DNA of 64,000 bases from assembly GCA_965216465.1 (NCBI GenBank), contig CBDCFW010000004.1:160001-224000 (forward strand). The letters are read 5' to 3'. Positions 19,387-29,630 of this stretch are shown here, piece after piece. Positions within the stretch are counted from its first letter, which is position 1. Each line of letters opens with the position of its first letter. A program made the translations under genes and the position numbers. The notes under the pieces are model-generated. The model saw only the letters and a program-made list of their open reading frames with translations. It was not told the origin of the DNA and searched no databases. Origin of the DNA: Bacteroidia bacterium (GTDB lineage: Bacteria > Bacteroidota > Bacteroidia > NS11-12g > UBA9320).

Positions 19387-20508
19387 ATGAAACAACAATA
19401 CTTAATATTATTACTGAGCACATTATTCTTGGCATCGTGCAGTTCAGGCATGAAGCGACTTGAGAAAGGTCACTACGATGCAGCTGTTTATAAAGCAGTA
19501 AAGCGTTTGAACCAAAAACCCGATCACAAAAAGGCTAGCCGCGTATTGCGAGAAGCATACACGTTGGCAGTTGATGAACATATGGAACGCATTCGTTTTA
19601 ATGATCAATCAGATAACCCATTCAAATATGACAGAATGGTAGACGGATATGTTCAAATCATGCATTTAAACAATGCAATTCGCAAATATCCAAAGTACGC
19701 CCGACTTGTCAACTTAATTGACGTCACCGAAGAGCTAAATTTTAGTAAACAACAAGCGGCAATTGCCCATAAAACTGAAGGAGATCGGTTATTGGCAATT
19801 GGCTCAAAACAACGGGCTCGAGACGCATACTACCATTACTTAGATGCGAATAGTTTTGTTAGAGGAACTATTCCTGTTGCAATGCTTGATGAAGCCCAAG
19901 ATGCAGGAACTGTTAATGTTGCAGTTGAGTTTTCTTCTGCTTCTAATTTCTTCTCTGGATTCTCTTCAGATGCACTTCATAACGGCTTGTATAATGGAAT
20001 TCGATCAACGCGTTACCGATTTTTACGTGTTGTTGATCCGGCTACAGATCTTGCTATAGACGAGGTGGTTCAGGTTGAATTGGATGAAGCACATATTGGT
20101 GGAGTAGACTTTTCTAAACGCATTATGGAGCTTAGTAAGGATGATGTATTTCTTGGCGAAGCTGAAACCGATAGTGGAGAACTGGTAAAGGTGTATGGTA
20201 CTGTACATGCCGATTACATCGAGTACTGTAAAACCATTAATAGTAGAGCAAGAATTCTAATCCAAAGAGTAAACCCAAATTCGGCACATGTTATTGGACG
20301 TCAGGTGATTCCATCAAATTTTAACTGGACCGAAAAATGGGCAACATACAAAGGAGATAAAAGAGCACTGTCTGATGAGCAGCTCAAGTTTGCTCAATAT
20401 TCTGAACCTACAATTCCTAACCCAATGTGGTTATTTGCACAAGCAAGTGAACCATTAATAGGAGAAGGAGTGAGGTACTTCAGAGATCAATATAGCTACT
20501 TAAGATAA
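19387..20508 (+). CDS. Hypothetical lipoprotein (helical N-terminal half)
   Basis: MKQQYLILLLSTLFLASC lipobox; long ORF followed by a terminator. Confidence 0.8.
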   Translation: MKQQYLILLLSTLFLASCSSGMKRLEKGHYDAAVYKAVKRLNQKPDHKKASRVLREAYTLAVDEHMERIRFNDQSDNPFKYDRMVDGYVQIMHLNNAIRKYPKYARLVNLIDVTEELNFSKQQAAIAHKTEGDRLLAIGSKQRARDAYYHYLDANSFVRGTIPVAMLDEAQDAGTVNVAVEFSSASNFFSGFSSDALHNGLYNGIRSTRYRFLRVVDPATDLAIDEVVQVELDEAHIGGVDFSKRIMELSKDDVFLGEAETDSGELVKVYGTVHADYIEYCKTINSRARILIQRVNPNSAHVIGRQVIPSNFNWTEKWATYKGDKRALSDEQLKFAQYSEPTIPNPMWLFAQASEPLIGEGVRYFRDQYSYLR

Positions 20509-20527
20509 GACAGTAGGTTTAAGTTGG

Positions 20528-20565
20528 AGCCCGGATTGACGAAAGTTGGTCCGGGTTTATTTTTT
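20528..20565. terminator. Hairpin terminator between convergent genes
   Basis: CCCGGATTGAC-GAAA-GTTGGTCCGGG (G-U pairs, GNRA loop) followed by a T-rich tail. Confidence 0.75.
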
Positions 20566-20892
20566 CACGCAGCTCATGCAATACACACTTTCGGGTCTAA
20601 ATTTTAGCCGCCCGAACTGTATGGCATTTCCGCACTTCTTACATTGGCCAAAATCGTCGTGATCAACTTCTTCTTGAGCGGCTTTGAGTTTAATTAAACG
20701 CTGCTCTGCTAGCCTCAATGCAGCTTCGTTCACGCTTTTGTTATTAATCGCATCCATCCGGCTAATGCGACCAATTGAATTTTCAGGAGAAACGGGTTTG
20801 GTCAGTTCTTTTAATTCAGCAATATCCTCTTGGGTGCGTTTGATTTTATGCTCAATCACACTCCGAAGTTCTACTCGCTGTTTTGGTGTCAT
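20557..20892 (-). CDS. TraR/DksA C4-type zinc finger protein
   Basis: Coiled coil, GRISRMDAI, C..CG..I..GRL..RP...C..C. Confidence 0.9.
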   Translation of the reverse strand: MTPKQRVELRSVIEHKIKRTQEDIAELKELTKPVSPENSIGRISRMDAINNKSVNEAALRLAEQRLIKLKAAQEEVDHDDFGQCKKCGNAIQFGRLKFRPESVYCMSCVKK

Positions 20893-21890
20893 TATTCTAA
20901 ATATGAATGTGCTTTCTCAACCATTTTAGTTGATCCCATGAATACCGGATTTCTTTGATGAATCTCAGTAGGTTCAATTTCCATAATTCTGTCAGCACCA
21001 TTTGTTGCTTTCCCTCCGGCTTGTTCGGTAATGAATGCCATTGGATTGCTTTCGAACATCAATCGCAATTTTCCATTAGGTGCACTGCTCGTTGCCGGAT
21101 ACATGAAAATGCCTCCTTTTAATAGATTACGGTGAAAGTCTGCAACCATTGACCCAATATAACGGGCACTGTATGCTTCTTTCTCAGTTGAGTTTCTGCA
21201 ATAATCGATGTACGATTTAACTCCAGCACTGAACTTATCGTAATTTCCTTCGTTTACAGAGTAAATTTTTCCATCTTGTGGAATACGAATGTCAGGATGA
21301 CTCAAACAAAAATCCCCAATCGAAGCGTCTAAGGTAAATGCATTAACCCCTTGGCCAGTAGTCAACACCAACATCGTGCTGCTTCCATAAATGATATATC
21401 CTGCAGCAACTTGGTTTATTCCCTTTTGAAGTACATCTTCCATTGTTACTTGCGAACCAAGTGGACTAATACGCTTGTACACCGAAAAAATGGTGCCTAT
21501 TGATGCATTAACGTCAATGTTGCTTGATCCATCTAGAGGATCCATTGCAATGATGTATTTTGAGTTTTTGTTTAAAGTCGTTTCAATGTGATGAATGTCT
21601 TCTTCCTCCTCCGAAATAATTGCGCAACAATCACCTCCTAAGGTTAATGACGATTTAAATTCGTCGTTTGCTAAAACATCTAGCTTTTTAACTTCTTCTC
21701 CTTGAACGTTAACCGAACCATCCGCTCCAAGTATATCAACTAGTCCTGCCTTTCGCACATCACGATTTACAATCTTTGCTGCAAATTTGATGTCTCTTAA
21801 AATTTTAGAAAGATCACCCGAAGCAGTAGGATGTTTGCTTTGCTGATCGGCGATAAATTGGCTTAAACTAATTACTTGTTTGGTACGCAT
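20892..21890 (-). CDS. fbp: Fructose-1,6-bisphosphatase class 1
   Basis: [39 protein letters not shown]. Confidence 0.97.
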   Translation of the reverse strand: MRTKQVISLSQFIADQQSKHPTASGDLSKILRDIKFAAKIVNRDVRKAGLVDILGADGSVNVQGEEVKKLDVLANDEFKSSLTLGGDCCAIISEEEEDIHHIETTLNKNSKYIIAMDPLDGSSNIDVNASIGTIFSVYKRISPLGSQVTMEDVLQKGINQVAAGYIIYGSSTMLVLTTGQGVNAFTLDASIGDFCLSHPDIRIPQDGKIYSVNEGNYDKFSAGVKSYIDYCRNSTEKEAYSARYIGSMVADFHRNLLKGGIFMYPATSSAPNGKLRLMFESNPMAFITEQAGGKATNGADRIMEIEPTEIHQRNPVFMGSTKMVEKAHSYLE

Positions 21891-21908
21891 TTTTCTGATT
21901 TAAAAGGA

Positions 21909-21916
21909 TAATTTTG
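21909..21916 (+). promoter_or_regulatory. Bacteroidota -7 box
   Basis: TAATTTTG upstream of lysC. Confidence 0.55.
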
Positions 21917-21934
21917 CCGCAAATTTAATCTTTA

Positions 21935-23209
21935 ATGAGAGTATTCAAATTTGGTGGAGCAAGTGTTAAGAACTCGGAAGCGGTAAAAAATGTAGCTGCA
22001 GTTCTTAAAAGAGAGACGAACGGACCAATTGTCGTTGTAATTTCAGCAATGGGCAAGATTACCAACAAACTTGAAGCATTAGTAGATGCTTATTTTCATA
22101 ACAAACCTGAAAAGAAGACCCTACTCGATGAAGTTAAACAGTTTCATCAAAACATTATCAAAGATTTAAGCGTAAGCGACAACGACTACTATGAAGTCGA
22201 CAACTTGCTTATTGAGCTTGAGTGTATCATCGAAAAAACAAGAAACGATGAATCTTCATACGACGAAGAATACGATCGTATCGTTCCTTTTGGTGAATTA
22301 ATTTCAACAAAAATCGTAAGCACTTACCTCAACAAAATTGAGTACAAGTGCCGATGGATAGATGCAAGAAACTTTGTCATTACTACCGATAAAAACAGAG
22401 CAGCAAAGGTGCTTTGGGATGAAAGTGTACCTTTGATCAATAGCTCCTTAAAAGAGCTCGTTGAAAAGCAAACAATTATAACTCAAGGTTTTATCGGACG
22501 AAGCTTAAAGCATAAGAATACTACACTTGGAAGAGAAGGTTCTGATTACTCGGCAGCAATATTTGCTTACGCTTTGGATGCAGAGTCTGTAACGATTTGG
22601 AAAGATGTTGCGGGGGTGATGAACGGTGACCCGAAAAGGTTTGATGATGCAGTTTTGATTCCACGCTTATCGTGCAACGAAGCGATTGAGTTAGCGTATT
22701 ATGGTGCATCAATAATCCATCCAAAAACCATTCAGCCACTTAAGAATAAGAACATTCCATTGTATGTTAAATCGTTTATTGATAAAGATGCACCTGGAAC
22801 TGAGATCATCGAAAATGAAAGCAGAACATTGAACGAGACACAATGTTACATCGTGAAGGAAAACCAATCGATTGTAACCATAGCTTCTAAAGATTTCTCT
22901 TTTATTGTTGAAGACAATTTGGAGCTGATTTTCAAAGCACTTAATGAAGCAGGAATTCAATTAAACCTCATGCAAAATTCTGCAATTAGTTTTATGGCGT
23001 GCTTTAACGACGACCATATGAAGTCAGAGATGCTGAGCGGCCTGTTGTCTGAAAACTTTAATGTTAAGGTAGAAGAGAATTATAAATTACTTACCATCTT
23101 CAACTATAACGAAGACAGTAATCACCTAGATAAAATGTTAGATGGTTATCAAGTTGAGTTAGAGCAAAAATCTGGATTGGCGTTACAACTGGTTTTGAGC
23201 AGAGCTTAA
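21935..23209 (+). CDS. lysC: Aspartate kinase (monofunctional)
   Basis: KFGGASV, TTLGREGSDYSA, WKDV.GV...DP, ELAYYGA.IIHP. Confidence 0.93.
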   Translation: MRVFKFGGASVKNSEAVKNVAAVLKRETNGPIVVVISAMGKITNKLEALVDAYFHNKPEKKTLLDEVKQFHQNIIKDLSVSDNDYYEVDNLLIELECIIEKTRNDESSYDEEYDRIVPFGELISTKIVSTYLNKIEYKCRWIDARNFVITTDKNRAAKVLWDESVPLINSSLKELVEKQTIITQGFIGRSLKHKNTTLGREGSDYSAAIFAYALDAESVTIWKDVAGVMNGDPKRFDDAVLIPRLSCNEAIELAYYGASIIHPKTIQPLKNKNIPLYVKSFIDKDAPGTEIIENESRTLNETQCYIVKENQSIVTIASKDFSFIVEDNLELIFKALNEAGIQLNLMQNSAISFMACFNDDHMKSEMLSGLLSENFNVKVEENYKLLTIFNYNEDSNHLDKMLDGYQVELEQKSGLALQLVLSRA

Positions 23210-24330
23210 TCTGTGTTTTCTAGAACTTCTACGTCGTTGGCGTAGTACTTGATAGTTTCTTGTTCTCCACTCATTAAGATAAACTTCCCTTCTTTTTTAC
23301 CGTTTACCCATTTTCCTGCAAGCTTAATGTAGCCGTCTGTAGAGCTTTGTTCACAATAACCGTGTGGCTTTCCATTTTTAAATGTTCCGGTAACTTGACC
23401 ATCAGGAGTGTGTAAAGTGCCTCGGCCGTTAATACTGTTATTCGACATTTGTCCTTGATAGTAGTAATCTGTTCCCATAAGGTAAACACCCGAACCTAGC
23501 ATTTCATCCTGAAACCAATCACCTACATAGCCTATTTTAGCACTATACGAAATTTTACCTTTTCCATGCTTTTTTCCCATTACGTATTGGCCGGTATAGG
23601 ATGCATTTTGACTCTCTGAATAGTAATCCCCTTGGCCCCAAAAGAATCCAAGTTTAAACTCACCTTTATACTTATTTCCAAAAGTGTCGACGTATTCGCC
23701 TTTGCCATGAGGGAGACCATAAGACCATTCGCCTTGATAAATTACAGCATTATTCTCGCCCCAAGTCATGGTTCCTGTTCCTGCCAACACATCGCCAGCA
23801 ACAGCTTTTCCATCTGGAAGCAGCCTAAATCCCCACGTTTTTATCAAATCAGGTACTTGTTCTTGCATATATTTATTGGTTGCCGTAATCTTCATACTGC
23901 TTAATCTTCCCGCTGTGAAATAATACTCAACCATAAAGTTTTCGTTAGATGACCTACGCTTATAAGGGTTGTCTTTTATCTCGTCTAAAAAACCAGTAAC
24001 TTTTTCAACCTGATTTAGTGTATATCCCCATTGTATTCCATTCGGTAATTCCTGCTTAAAAGACTGATATGCATACCCGCTATCGAACAAGGTAATTTTA
24101 TATAAGCCAAGCTGGCCATCAAATTCAAGAACAACTCCGTCGTTTAAAAAATCAAGCTTGTAAGTTTTATTGTAAGGTAAGAAGGATTCAACCTTTCGCT
24201 CATGATCCAATTTTTTCATAACTAGATCCACTTCCTGTGTATTTAACCCTTTTCCTAAGGCATTGAGTATGTTTTGAGCATTTGCTTGCGATAAAACGAG
24301 TGAGCAAATGGCAATGACTAATAATCTCAT
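23206..24330 (-). CDS. Exported MORN-repeat protein
   Basis: Signal peptide from ATG 24330; repeated Y.GE[WF]..G..HGKG units in the C-terminal half. Confidence 0.85.
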   Translation of the reverse strand: MRLLVIAICSLVLSQANAQNILNALGKGLNTQEVDLVMKKLDHERKVESFLPYNKTYKLDFLNDGVVLEFDGQLGLYKITLFDSGYAYQSFKQELPNGIQWGYTLNQVEKVTGFLDEIKDNPYKRRSSNENFMVEYYFTAGRLSSMKITATNKYMQEQVPDLIKTWGFRLLPDGKAVAGDVLAGTGTMTWGENNAVIYQGEWSYGLPHGKGEYVDTFGNKYKGEFKLGFFWGQGDYYSESQNASYTGQYVMGKKHGKGKISYSAKIGYVGDWFQDEMLGSGVYLMGTDYYYQGQMSNNSINGRGTLHTPDGQVTGTFKNGKPHGYCEQSSTDGYIKLAGKWVNGKKEGKFILMSGEQETIKYYANDVEVLENTD

Positions 24331-24504
24331 GTATTCTTTAAACGTGTCAAGCAAAGGTATATTTTACGTGTTGTGATTAGAAGTAAAACCTACTAATTGC
24401 TTGAAATTTCTGACAATTGTTCCAATCTACAGACAGTTTATATTGCTATAAGGTTGCCTTATAAGGTCAAAATAAATATCGATTTATAAATACGTGATTA
24501 GTAC

Positions 24505-24512
24505 TAGCTTTG
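24505..24512 (+). promoter_or_regulatory. Bacteroidota -7 box for fdx-iscX-kdsC
   Basis: TAGCTTTG followed by cagc. Confidence 0.65.
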
Positions 24513-24525
24513 CAGCAAATTAAAC

Positions 24526-24855
24526 ATGGCTAAACACAACGTTACTTTTAAATTCGAAACCGACGACACTAAGGTGGTTAAAGTTGAGGTGAACGAAGGC
24601 GATTCAATTCTCGATGCGGCATTGGATAATGACATCCATCTAAACCACAATTGCGGAGCAGTTTGTGCATGCAGTACATGTCATGTTTATATTGATAAAG
24701 GAATGGATTCTTTACCTGAAATTTCGGATAAAGAAGAAGATTTTATAGATCGCGCTATTAATCCTCAAATCAATTCAAGACTGGGTTGTCAGTGCATCGT
24801 TACTGCCGATATAGACGTTACCATTCCAGATCAAAGCAGTATTATAGGACATTAA
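24526..24855 (+). CDS. fdx: ISC-type 2Fe-2S ferredoxin
   Basis: HNCGAVCACSTCH...SRLGCQ. Confidence 0.93.
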   Translation: MAKHNVTFKFETDDTKVVKVEVNEGDSILDAALDNDIHLNHNCGAVCACSTCHVYIDKGMDSLPEISDKEEDFIDRAINPQINSRLGCQCIVTADIDVTIPDQSSIIGH

Positions 24856-24856
24856 A

Positions 24857-25102
24857 ATGAGTGATAATAAATTTTACGAACCGCCAATGAACTGGTCTGA
24901 TTATGAAGATATTGCATTGGCATTGTATGAAAAATTCGGAGACGAATTCGGAGAGTCTAAAATATATAGAATCCGATTCACCGATTTGTTGGATTGGGTG
25001 TTGAATCTTCCTAACTTTGAAGGCAAACGCGAAGACAGCAACGAAGGTCATTTAGAAATGATTCAAAGTAGCTGGGTATACGAATGGCGCGACAACCAAT
25101 AA
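24857..25102 (+). CDS. iscX: Fe-S cluster assembly protein IscX
   Basis: W.D..DIA..L, IRFTDL..WV..L..F, HLE.IQ..W; follows fdx. Confidence 0.9.
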   Translation: MSDNKFYEPPMNWSDYEDIALALYEKFGDEFGESKIYRIRFTDLLDWVLNLPNFEGKREDSNEGHLEMIQSSWVYEWRDNQ

Positions 25103-25112
25103 ACATTACACT

Positions 25113-25628
25113 TTGATACTCGATAAATTTAAGCAAATTGACACCTTTGTACTAGACGTCGACGGTGTTCTTACAAATGGTTCTGTTATAGCTACAGATA
25201 ACCACGAAATGTTAAGGTCTTTTAACATTAAAGACGGGTTTGCTTTGCAATTTGCTGTTAAGCAAGGTTACAACATCATTATTATAAGTGGAGGTACATC
25301 TGAAGGAGTAAGATCAAGACTTGAGAATTTAGGGATTAAGCATGTACACACTGGAGTTGCCAACAAAAAGGAATTGTTTGGCAAACTGATGAAAGATCTT
25401 GGTATCTCATCCTCTTCTTGCGTATATATGGGCGACGATTATCCGGATCTTTCTGTAATGCGAATGTGTGAAATTAAAACCTGTCCAAAAGATGCTGCGT
25501 GGGAGCTACAAGAACAGAGCGATTGGATTTCAACACAAAATGGTGGGGAAGGAGCAGTACGTGAATTGATTGAATCGGTACTTACGCTCCAAGGCAAGTG
25601 GGAGTCGTCTGAACATTCTGTATGGTAA
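25113..25628 (+). CDS. kdsC: KDO 8-phosphate phosphatase (HAD)
   Basis: DVDGVLT, F...DG, MGDD..D, GGEGAVRE. Confidence 0.9.
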   Translation: MILDKFKQIDTFVLDVDGVLTNGSVIATDNHEMLRSFNIKDGFALQFAVKQGYNIIIISGGTSEGVRSRLENLGIKHVHTGVANKKELFGKLMKDLGISSSSCVYMGDDYPDLSVMRMCEIKTCPKDAAWELQEQSDWISTQNGGEGAVRELIESVLTLQGKWESSEHSVW

Positions 25629-25689
25629 TGCATACGACAACATTCTAAGTGTTAAAACAGCATCCTTGTTTTCAGATAACTTTGAAGCT

Positions 25690-25977
25690 ATGCTTCAAAA
25701 GATCGCAAATCAAAAGTATGCTATCACTTTAATTTTCTTTACCGTTTGGATGGTGCTGTTTGATCGAAACAGTGCTGTATTTATGTACAAGCAGTACAAC
25801 GAACTGAAGGATCTTAAGCAACAAGAAGTATTTCTTCAAGAAGAAATCGATGCGATGACTCAAGAAAAAGAAGATTTGTTTTCGAATGAAGATCTTTTAG
25901 AGAAATATGCTCGAGAGAATTACTTCTTTAAAAAGGATAATGAGGATGTCTTTATTATAGAAAGAACTCAAAAATGA
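25690..25977 (+). CDS. Septum formation initiator (FtsB/DivIC family)
   Basis: TM plus coiled coil and LEKYARE.Y.FKK.NEDVF. ATG 25690 follows a TAACTTTG box at 25677. Confidence 0.85.
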   Translation: MLQKIANQKYAITLIFFTVWMVLFDRNSAVFMYKQYNELKDLKQQEVFLQEEIDAMTQEKEDLFSNEDLLEKYARENYFFKKDNEDVFIIERTQK

Positions 25978-26756
25978 AGTTTCTTTACTTGGTCGTGTAA
26001 GGCTTCTACAATTCTAGCATTTCCGGCAATTATAGATTTGCCGAAGACGAAATCATTCCCACCTTTGAAGTCAATGACTTGACCTCCAGCCTGTTGAACT
26101 AAGTAGGCACCAGCTGCAACATCCCAAGGGCTTAAGTTTAGTTCGAAGAAACCATCAAATTTCCCCAAAGCTGAATAAGCCAAATCTATGGCAGCACTGC
26201 CCATTCTGCGAAGTCCCTTTGTTTCTTTCATTAGTTCTTTGAGCATGGCCAGATAAGCATCTATTTCACCAAAGGTGTAATAAGGAAAACCAGTAGCTAT
26301 TAATGTTGATTTTAGCTCATGGCGTTTAGATACTTCAATTTTTTGACCATTGAGAAATGCTCCCTTTGGCTCAGCGATAAAGAGCTCGTTTGTAAGTGGG
26401 ATATAAATACATCCAAAAACCGTTTTCCCTCCTTCAAGAAGTGCAATTGAAATAGCATACTGTTGATGTTGAAACAAGTAGTTTGTAGTGCCATCTAAAG
26501 GGTCAATAATCCAATACAATTCTGAATTCTCTTGAGAGGTAGTTTCTTCTTCAGTTAAAAATCCAGCCTCTGGCGTCACAGAAGATAGGCCTGCAACCAG
26601 TCTTTTTTCACTTTCTACGTCTACATAACTAACAAGTTGATTTAGTGCTTTTTCTGTAATGTCGGAAGTAGCAATTTTACCTTGTTCGGCAATTTGAAAA
26701 GCACCGACTTCTTTTACTAGGTTTTCAACAGAGTTGATTTGGTTTGTGTTCAGCAT
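25968..26756 (-). CDS. suhB: Inositol monophosphatase family protein
   Basis: WIIDPLDGTTNY, RRMGSAA.DL, PWDVAAG. Confidence 0.92.
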   Translation of the reverse strand: MLNTNQINSVENLVKEVGAFQIAEQGKIATSDITEKALNQLVSYVDVESEKRLVAGLSSVTPEAGFLTEEETTSQENSELYWIIDPLDGTTNYLFQHQQYAISIALLEGGKTVFGCIYIPLTNELFIAEPKGAFLNGQKIEVSKRHELKSTLIATGFPYYTFGEIDAYLAMLKELMKETKGLRRMGSAAIDLAYSALGKFDGFFELNLSPWDVAAGAYLVQQAGGQVIDFKGGNDFVFGKSIIAGNARIVEALHDQVKKLHF

Positions 26757-27683
26757 TTATTGAAATTCGGTTAAGAGTTCAGGGTTTTTAATTAAATCAA
26801 ATTTACGGGCAAAAAATCCATTGGATTGTTTCATTTTTGGAACTTCTTCAAGGGTAATTATTCCAGGGCCATTGTTCACAGGTTTGTCCCAATTGATGTA
26901 GCGTAGGTCTGAGTTTACTATGTTTTCAGATCCAACATGTAATGCAATAGTCTGTAGCAAGATCTCATCAGGAAACAAAGAATGCTTAAAATAGCGTAAA
27001 GTCTTTGAGTTAGCAGAAATGTACGCTAACATTAATCTCACCAAGTCTTGATTGATAGAAAACCAACCACTACCTCCATAGTAATCCAATTGAGGTAGTT
27101 TTCGTTTGGCAATAGCATGATAAAGCCGTTTAAAGCTGTTGAATCGAGTGAAGTATCGAACCACATTGGCCAATAAACTTCCTTCAGTGAAGTGGAAGGT
27201 GTCAACTAATCCAATTCCATTCTTGTAAAACTTATAGGCATAATTTTCTTGTGGAAGTCGATCACGAAACACTTTGAAAGAGCTAAAGATATCCTCTCTA
27301 TTCTTTTCGTATGACTTGGCTAAGGGGATAGGGAAATGATTGACAAAACTAAGTTCTCTGTTTTTTGAAAAGAAAGCGTCAAACTCTGCCTTCGACTTGA
27401 TGGGGAAGTCTTCTCCAGAAATCAAATGGAAGTAATCGAAATTTTCTTCATTGGCCTCTTGCATGAGCTCTATTGCAGCTTGCACTATTGAAAAATGACC
27501 TCGCCTTACATTAAATGATCGCTTATGAATGAGCGGATAGAGAAATTTGTTTTGATTAAATAAGTCTAGTGCTTTTATGTCAACATGAAGAAGTACTTCA
27601 AAACCCAGCTCAAAACACCGCTTAACAAGTAATTCTACTTGCTTGGGATTCTTGTGGGCTAGTATGGCAACGATGTGTTTCAC
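26757..27683 (-). CDS. GT14 / core-2-I-branching family glycosyltransferase
   Basis: ILAHK, HVD.K, LISGEDFPIK, GGS.WF, PDE...QT, LRYI.W, FFARKF. Confidence 0.88.
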   Translation of the reverse strand: MKHIVAILAHKNPKQVELLVKRCFELGFEVLLHVDIKALDLFNQNKFLYPLIHKRSFNVRRGHFSIVQAAIELMQEANEENFDYFHLISGEDFPIKSKAEFDAFFSKNRELSFVNHFPIPLAKSYEKNREDIFSSFKVFRDRLPQENYAYKFYKNGIGLVDTFHFTEGSLLANVVRYFTRFNSFKRLYHAIAKRKLPQLDYYGGSGWFSINQDLVRLMLAYISANSKTLRYFKHSLFPDEILLQTIALHVGSENIVNSDLRYINWDKPVNNGPGIITLEEVPKMKQSNGFFARKFDLIKNPELLTEFQ

Positions 27684-28732
27684 GCTAAAAGGTCTGCTTC
27701 AAACTTATCCCAACTTAAATTCTTTTTGTAATGGTCGAACGAGGATTTACAAATTTCCTGATATTGGCCAGGATTATTTTTCCATAGCTCAATAATTTGC
27801 TCTGCCTCAATTAGATCCTTCACGATATAGCCATTTATACCATTTATTATTTGACTTGCAACTCCTCCAACTTCAAAAGCAATAACAGGAGTGCTCATAC
27901 TGTTTGCTTCATTTATCACTATAGGCGTGCAATCTGCCGTTGAAAACAATAAAAATACATGTGCTTTACGATACTCGTCAACCAATTGACTTAATTCAGA
28001 AGGGATAGCTTTGTTAAGCATTTTATGGGTGCCAATTATGGTTAGCTGTGCACCTAAATTACGGCTTAAGCTTTGAGCTTGTTCAAGACCTTTTCGTTTT
28101 ACGTCCTTACCGACCGCTAGCATGTTCAATTGCGAATACTGCGTTGGAAATACTTGAATATCTTCATTTTCTGGGACCGGTATGTTGCTGCCAAAATTTG
28201 TACGATACAACCTATCAGTTATCTCAGGATATTGACTTGCAGTGGCATTTAGTGCCCAATCAGACGTGAAAAACAACTTATCAAACTTCAGGAAAGCTCT
28301 TTTTTCCATTCTAAGGGCTTCTGCTACCTCTTTTGAACCCAAATTGCTGTAGTTTGGATACCAATCCTTAAGCAGGCTAAAAATTGCGTCGGCAAGAAGA
28401 TAACAAGGAGTTTCTGTATCGTGATAGCTGAGTTCTGTTCCACTCCCTAAAAAGAGAATAAGGTCAGGCTTAAATCGATTTTCATGTTTTAACAATTCGC
28501 GTTGGTAAAGCTTTGACGCTCTAGGACTGAAGTAAACATTTCTTCTTTTTCCTGAAAACCGATAACTCCAATAAGAAAGCCTTGCCAAGTTTTGTTGGTA
28601 CCTATGCGCACCTTCAGCATAGCAAAACTCAACATCATGGTGCTGAGATAATTGTTCATATACATGCTTACAGATTCCAGACCAAGAGCTGATATCATTA
28701 ATAGGTAATATGCTGGCAAGTAGAATTTTCAC
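27680..28732 (-). CDS. GT4 glycosyltransferase
   Basis: SSWSG, TSDWA, RKG, ADCTPIVINEA...PVI...VGG. Confidence 0.85.
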   Translation of the reverse strand: MKILLASILPINDISSWSGICKHVYEQLSQHHDVEFCYAEGAHRYQQNLARLSYWSYRFSGKRRNVYFSPRASKLYQRELLKHENRFKPDLILFLGSGTELSYHDTETPCYLLADAIFSLLKDWYPNYSNLGSKEVAEALRMEKRAFLKFDKLFFTSDWALNATASQYPEITDRLYRTNFGSNIPVPENEDIQVFPTQYSQLNMLAVGKDVKRKGLEQAQSLSRNLGAQLTIIGTHKMLNKAIPSELSQLVDEYRKAHVFLLFSTADCTPIVINEANSMSTPVIAFEVGGVASQIINGINGYIVKDLIEAEQIIELWKNNPGQYQEICKSSFDHYKKNLSWDKFEADLLA

Positions 28733-28734
28733 GG

Positions 28735-29604
28735 TTAGAATAACTGTCCTGCCAGTCTAAAAGGTTCCTTAAATTCATGGATAATTGCATGTCGACCTCC
28801 TAGCTTAACAGCCATAAATGGGAGCCTAATAGTAGCCATTATTAAACTGATTGAGGTATGTGCCAACAATTTAGTCACGTTTCTTTTTCTAACCAGTTTT
28901 TTTGATTTGCCTTTGGCATAAGCGGCTTTAAGAAAAGATAGAGTCGTTTTCTGATGACTTTGATGGTACACAATTAAGTTTGGGTCATAGTAAATTGTCT
29001 CGCCTTGACTTCGAAGCTTATCTTGCAAGTAAATTTCGTCGTAATATCCCAATTTGTTCCCTTTCATTCCAACATCAGGATTAAAACCCCCATTTTTTTG
29101 GAGTGATTCAACGTTAAATCCACAAGCACATCCATTTATATAGCCAGCTTCAGGAAGCGGTCCAAAATCATTTCTAAAAAGAGGAACTTCCACAAGCTCA
29201 GGTTTTATCCATTGAGGAGAATTTGCAGACCAATACTTTGTGTGCCCAGAAATGCAAACTATGTTGTGATTGGTTAGATGGGTCGACAGAATATCCACCA
29301 ACTGATTATCGGGATAGGCATCGTCATCCATGTAAAAGACAAAGGGAGCCTTGGCATGCTGCCATCCTGCATTGCGAGCGTTACTATGACCTATCTTGTG
29401 CTCAATTACATAATTGAGGTTCTTTATTTGTTGCTGATGACGGGTTACAACTTCAAGGGAGTTGTCGTTGCATGCATTTAAGACCACCAATATTTCAAAA
29501 GGCACTGTTGTAGAAATCGAAGCGTAATGTGCAAGGCTTTGATTCAACAGGTCGGCACGATTATGTGTGCAAATTATCAATGATATTTCAGGCTTTTTCT
29601 GCAA
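28735..29604 (-). CDS. GT2 glycosyltransferase
   Basis: SLIICTHNR, NARNAG, MDDDA. TTG 29604 preferred because it avoids overlap with the divergent gene. Confidence 0.88.
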   Translation of the reverse strand: MQKKPEISLIICTHNRADLLNQSLAHYASISTTVPFEILVVLNACNDNSLEVVTRHQQQIKNLNYVIEHKIGHSNARNAGWQHAKAPFVFYMDDDAYPDNQLVDILSTHLTNHNIVCISGHTKYWSANSPQWIKPELVEVPLFRNDFGPLPEAGYINGCACGFNVESLQKNGGFNPDVGMKGNKLGYYDEIYLQDKLRSQGETIYYDPNLIVYHQSHQKTTLSFLKAAYAKGKSKKLVRKRNVTKLLAHTSISLIMATIRLPFMAVKLGGRHAIIHEFKEPFRLAGQLF

Positions 29605-29630
29605 CTTAGCAGCAATTTTAAGAGCAAATT

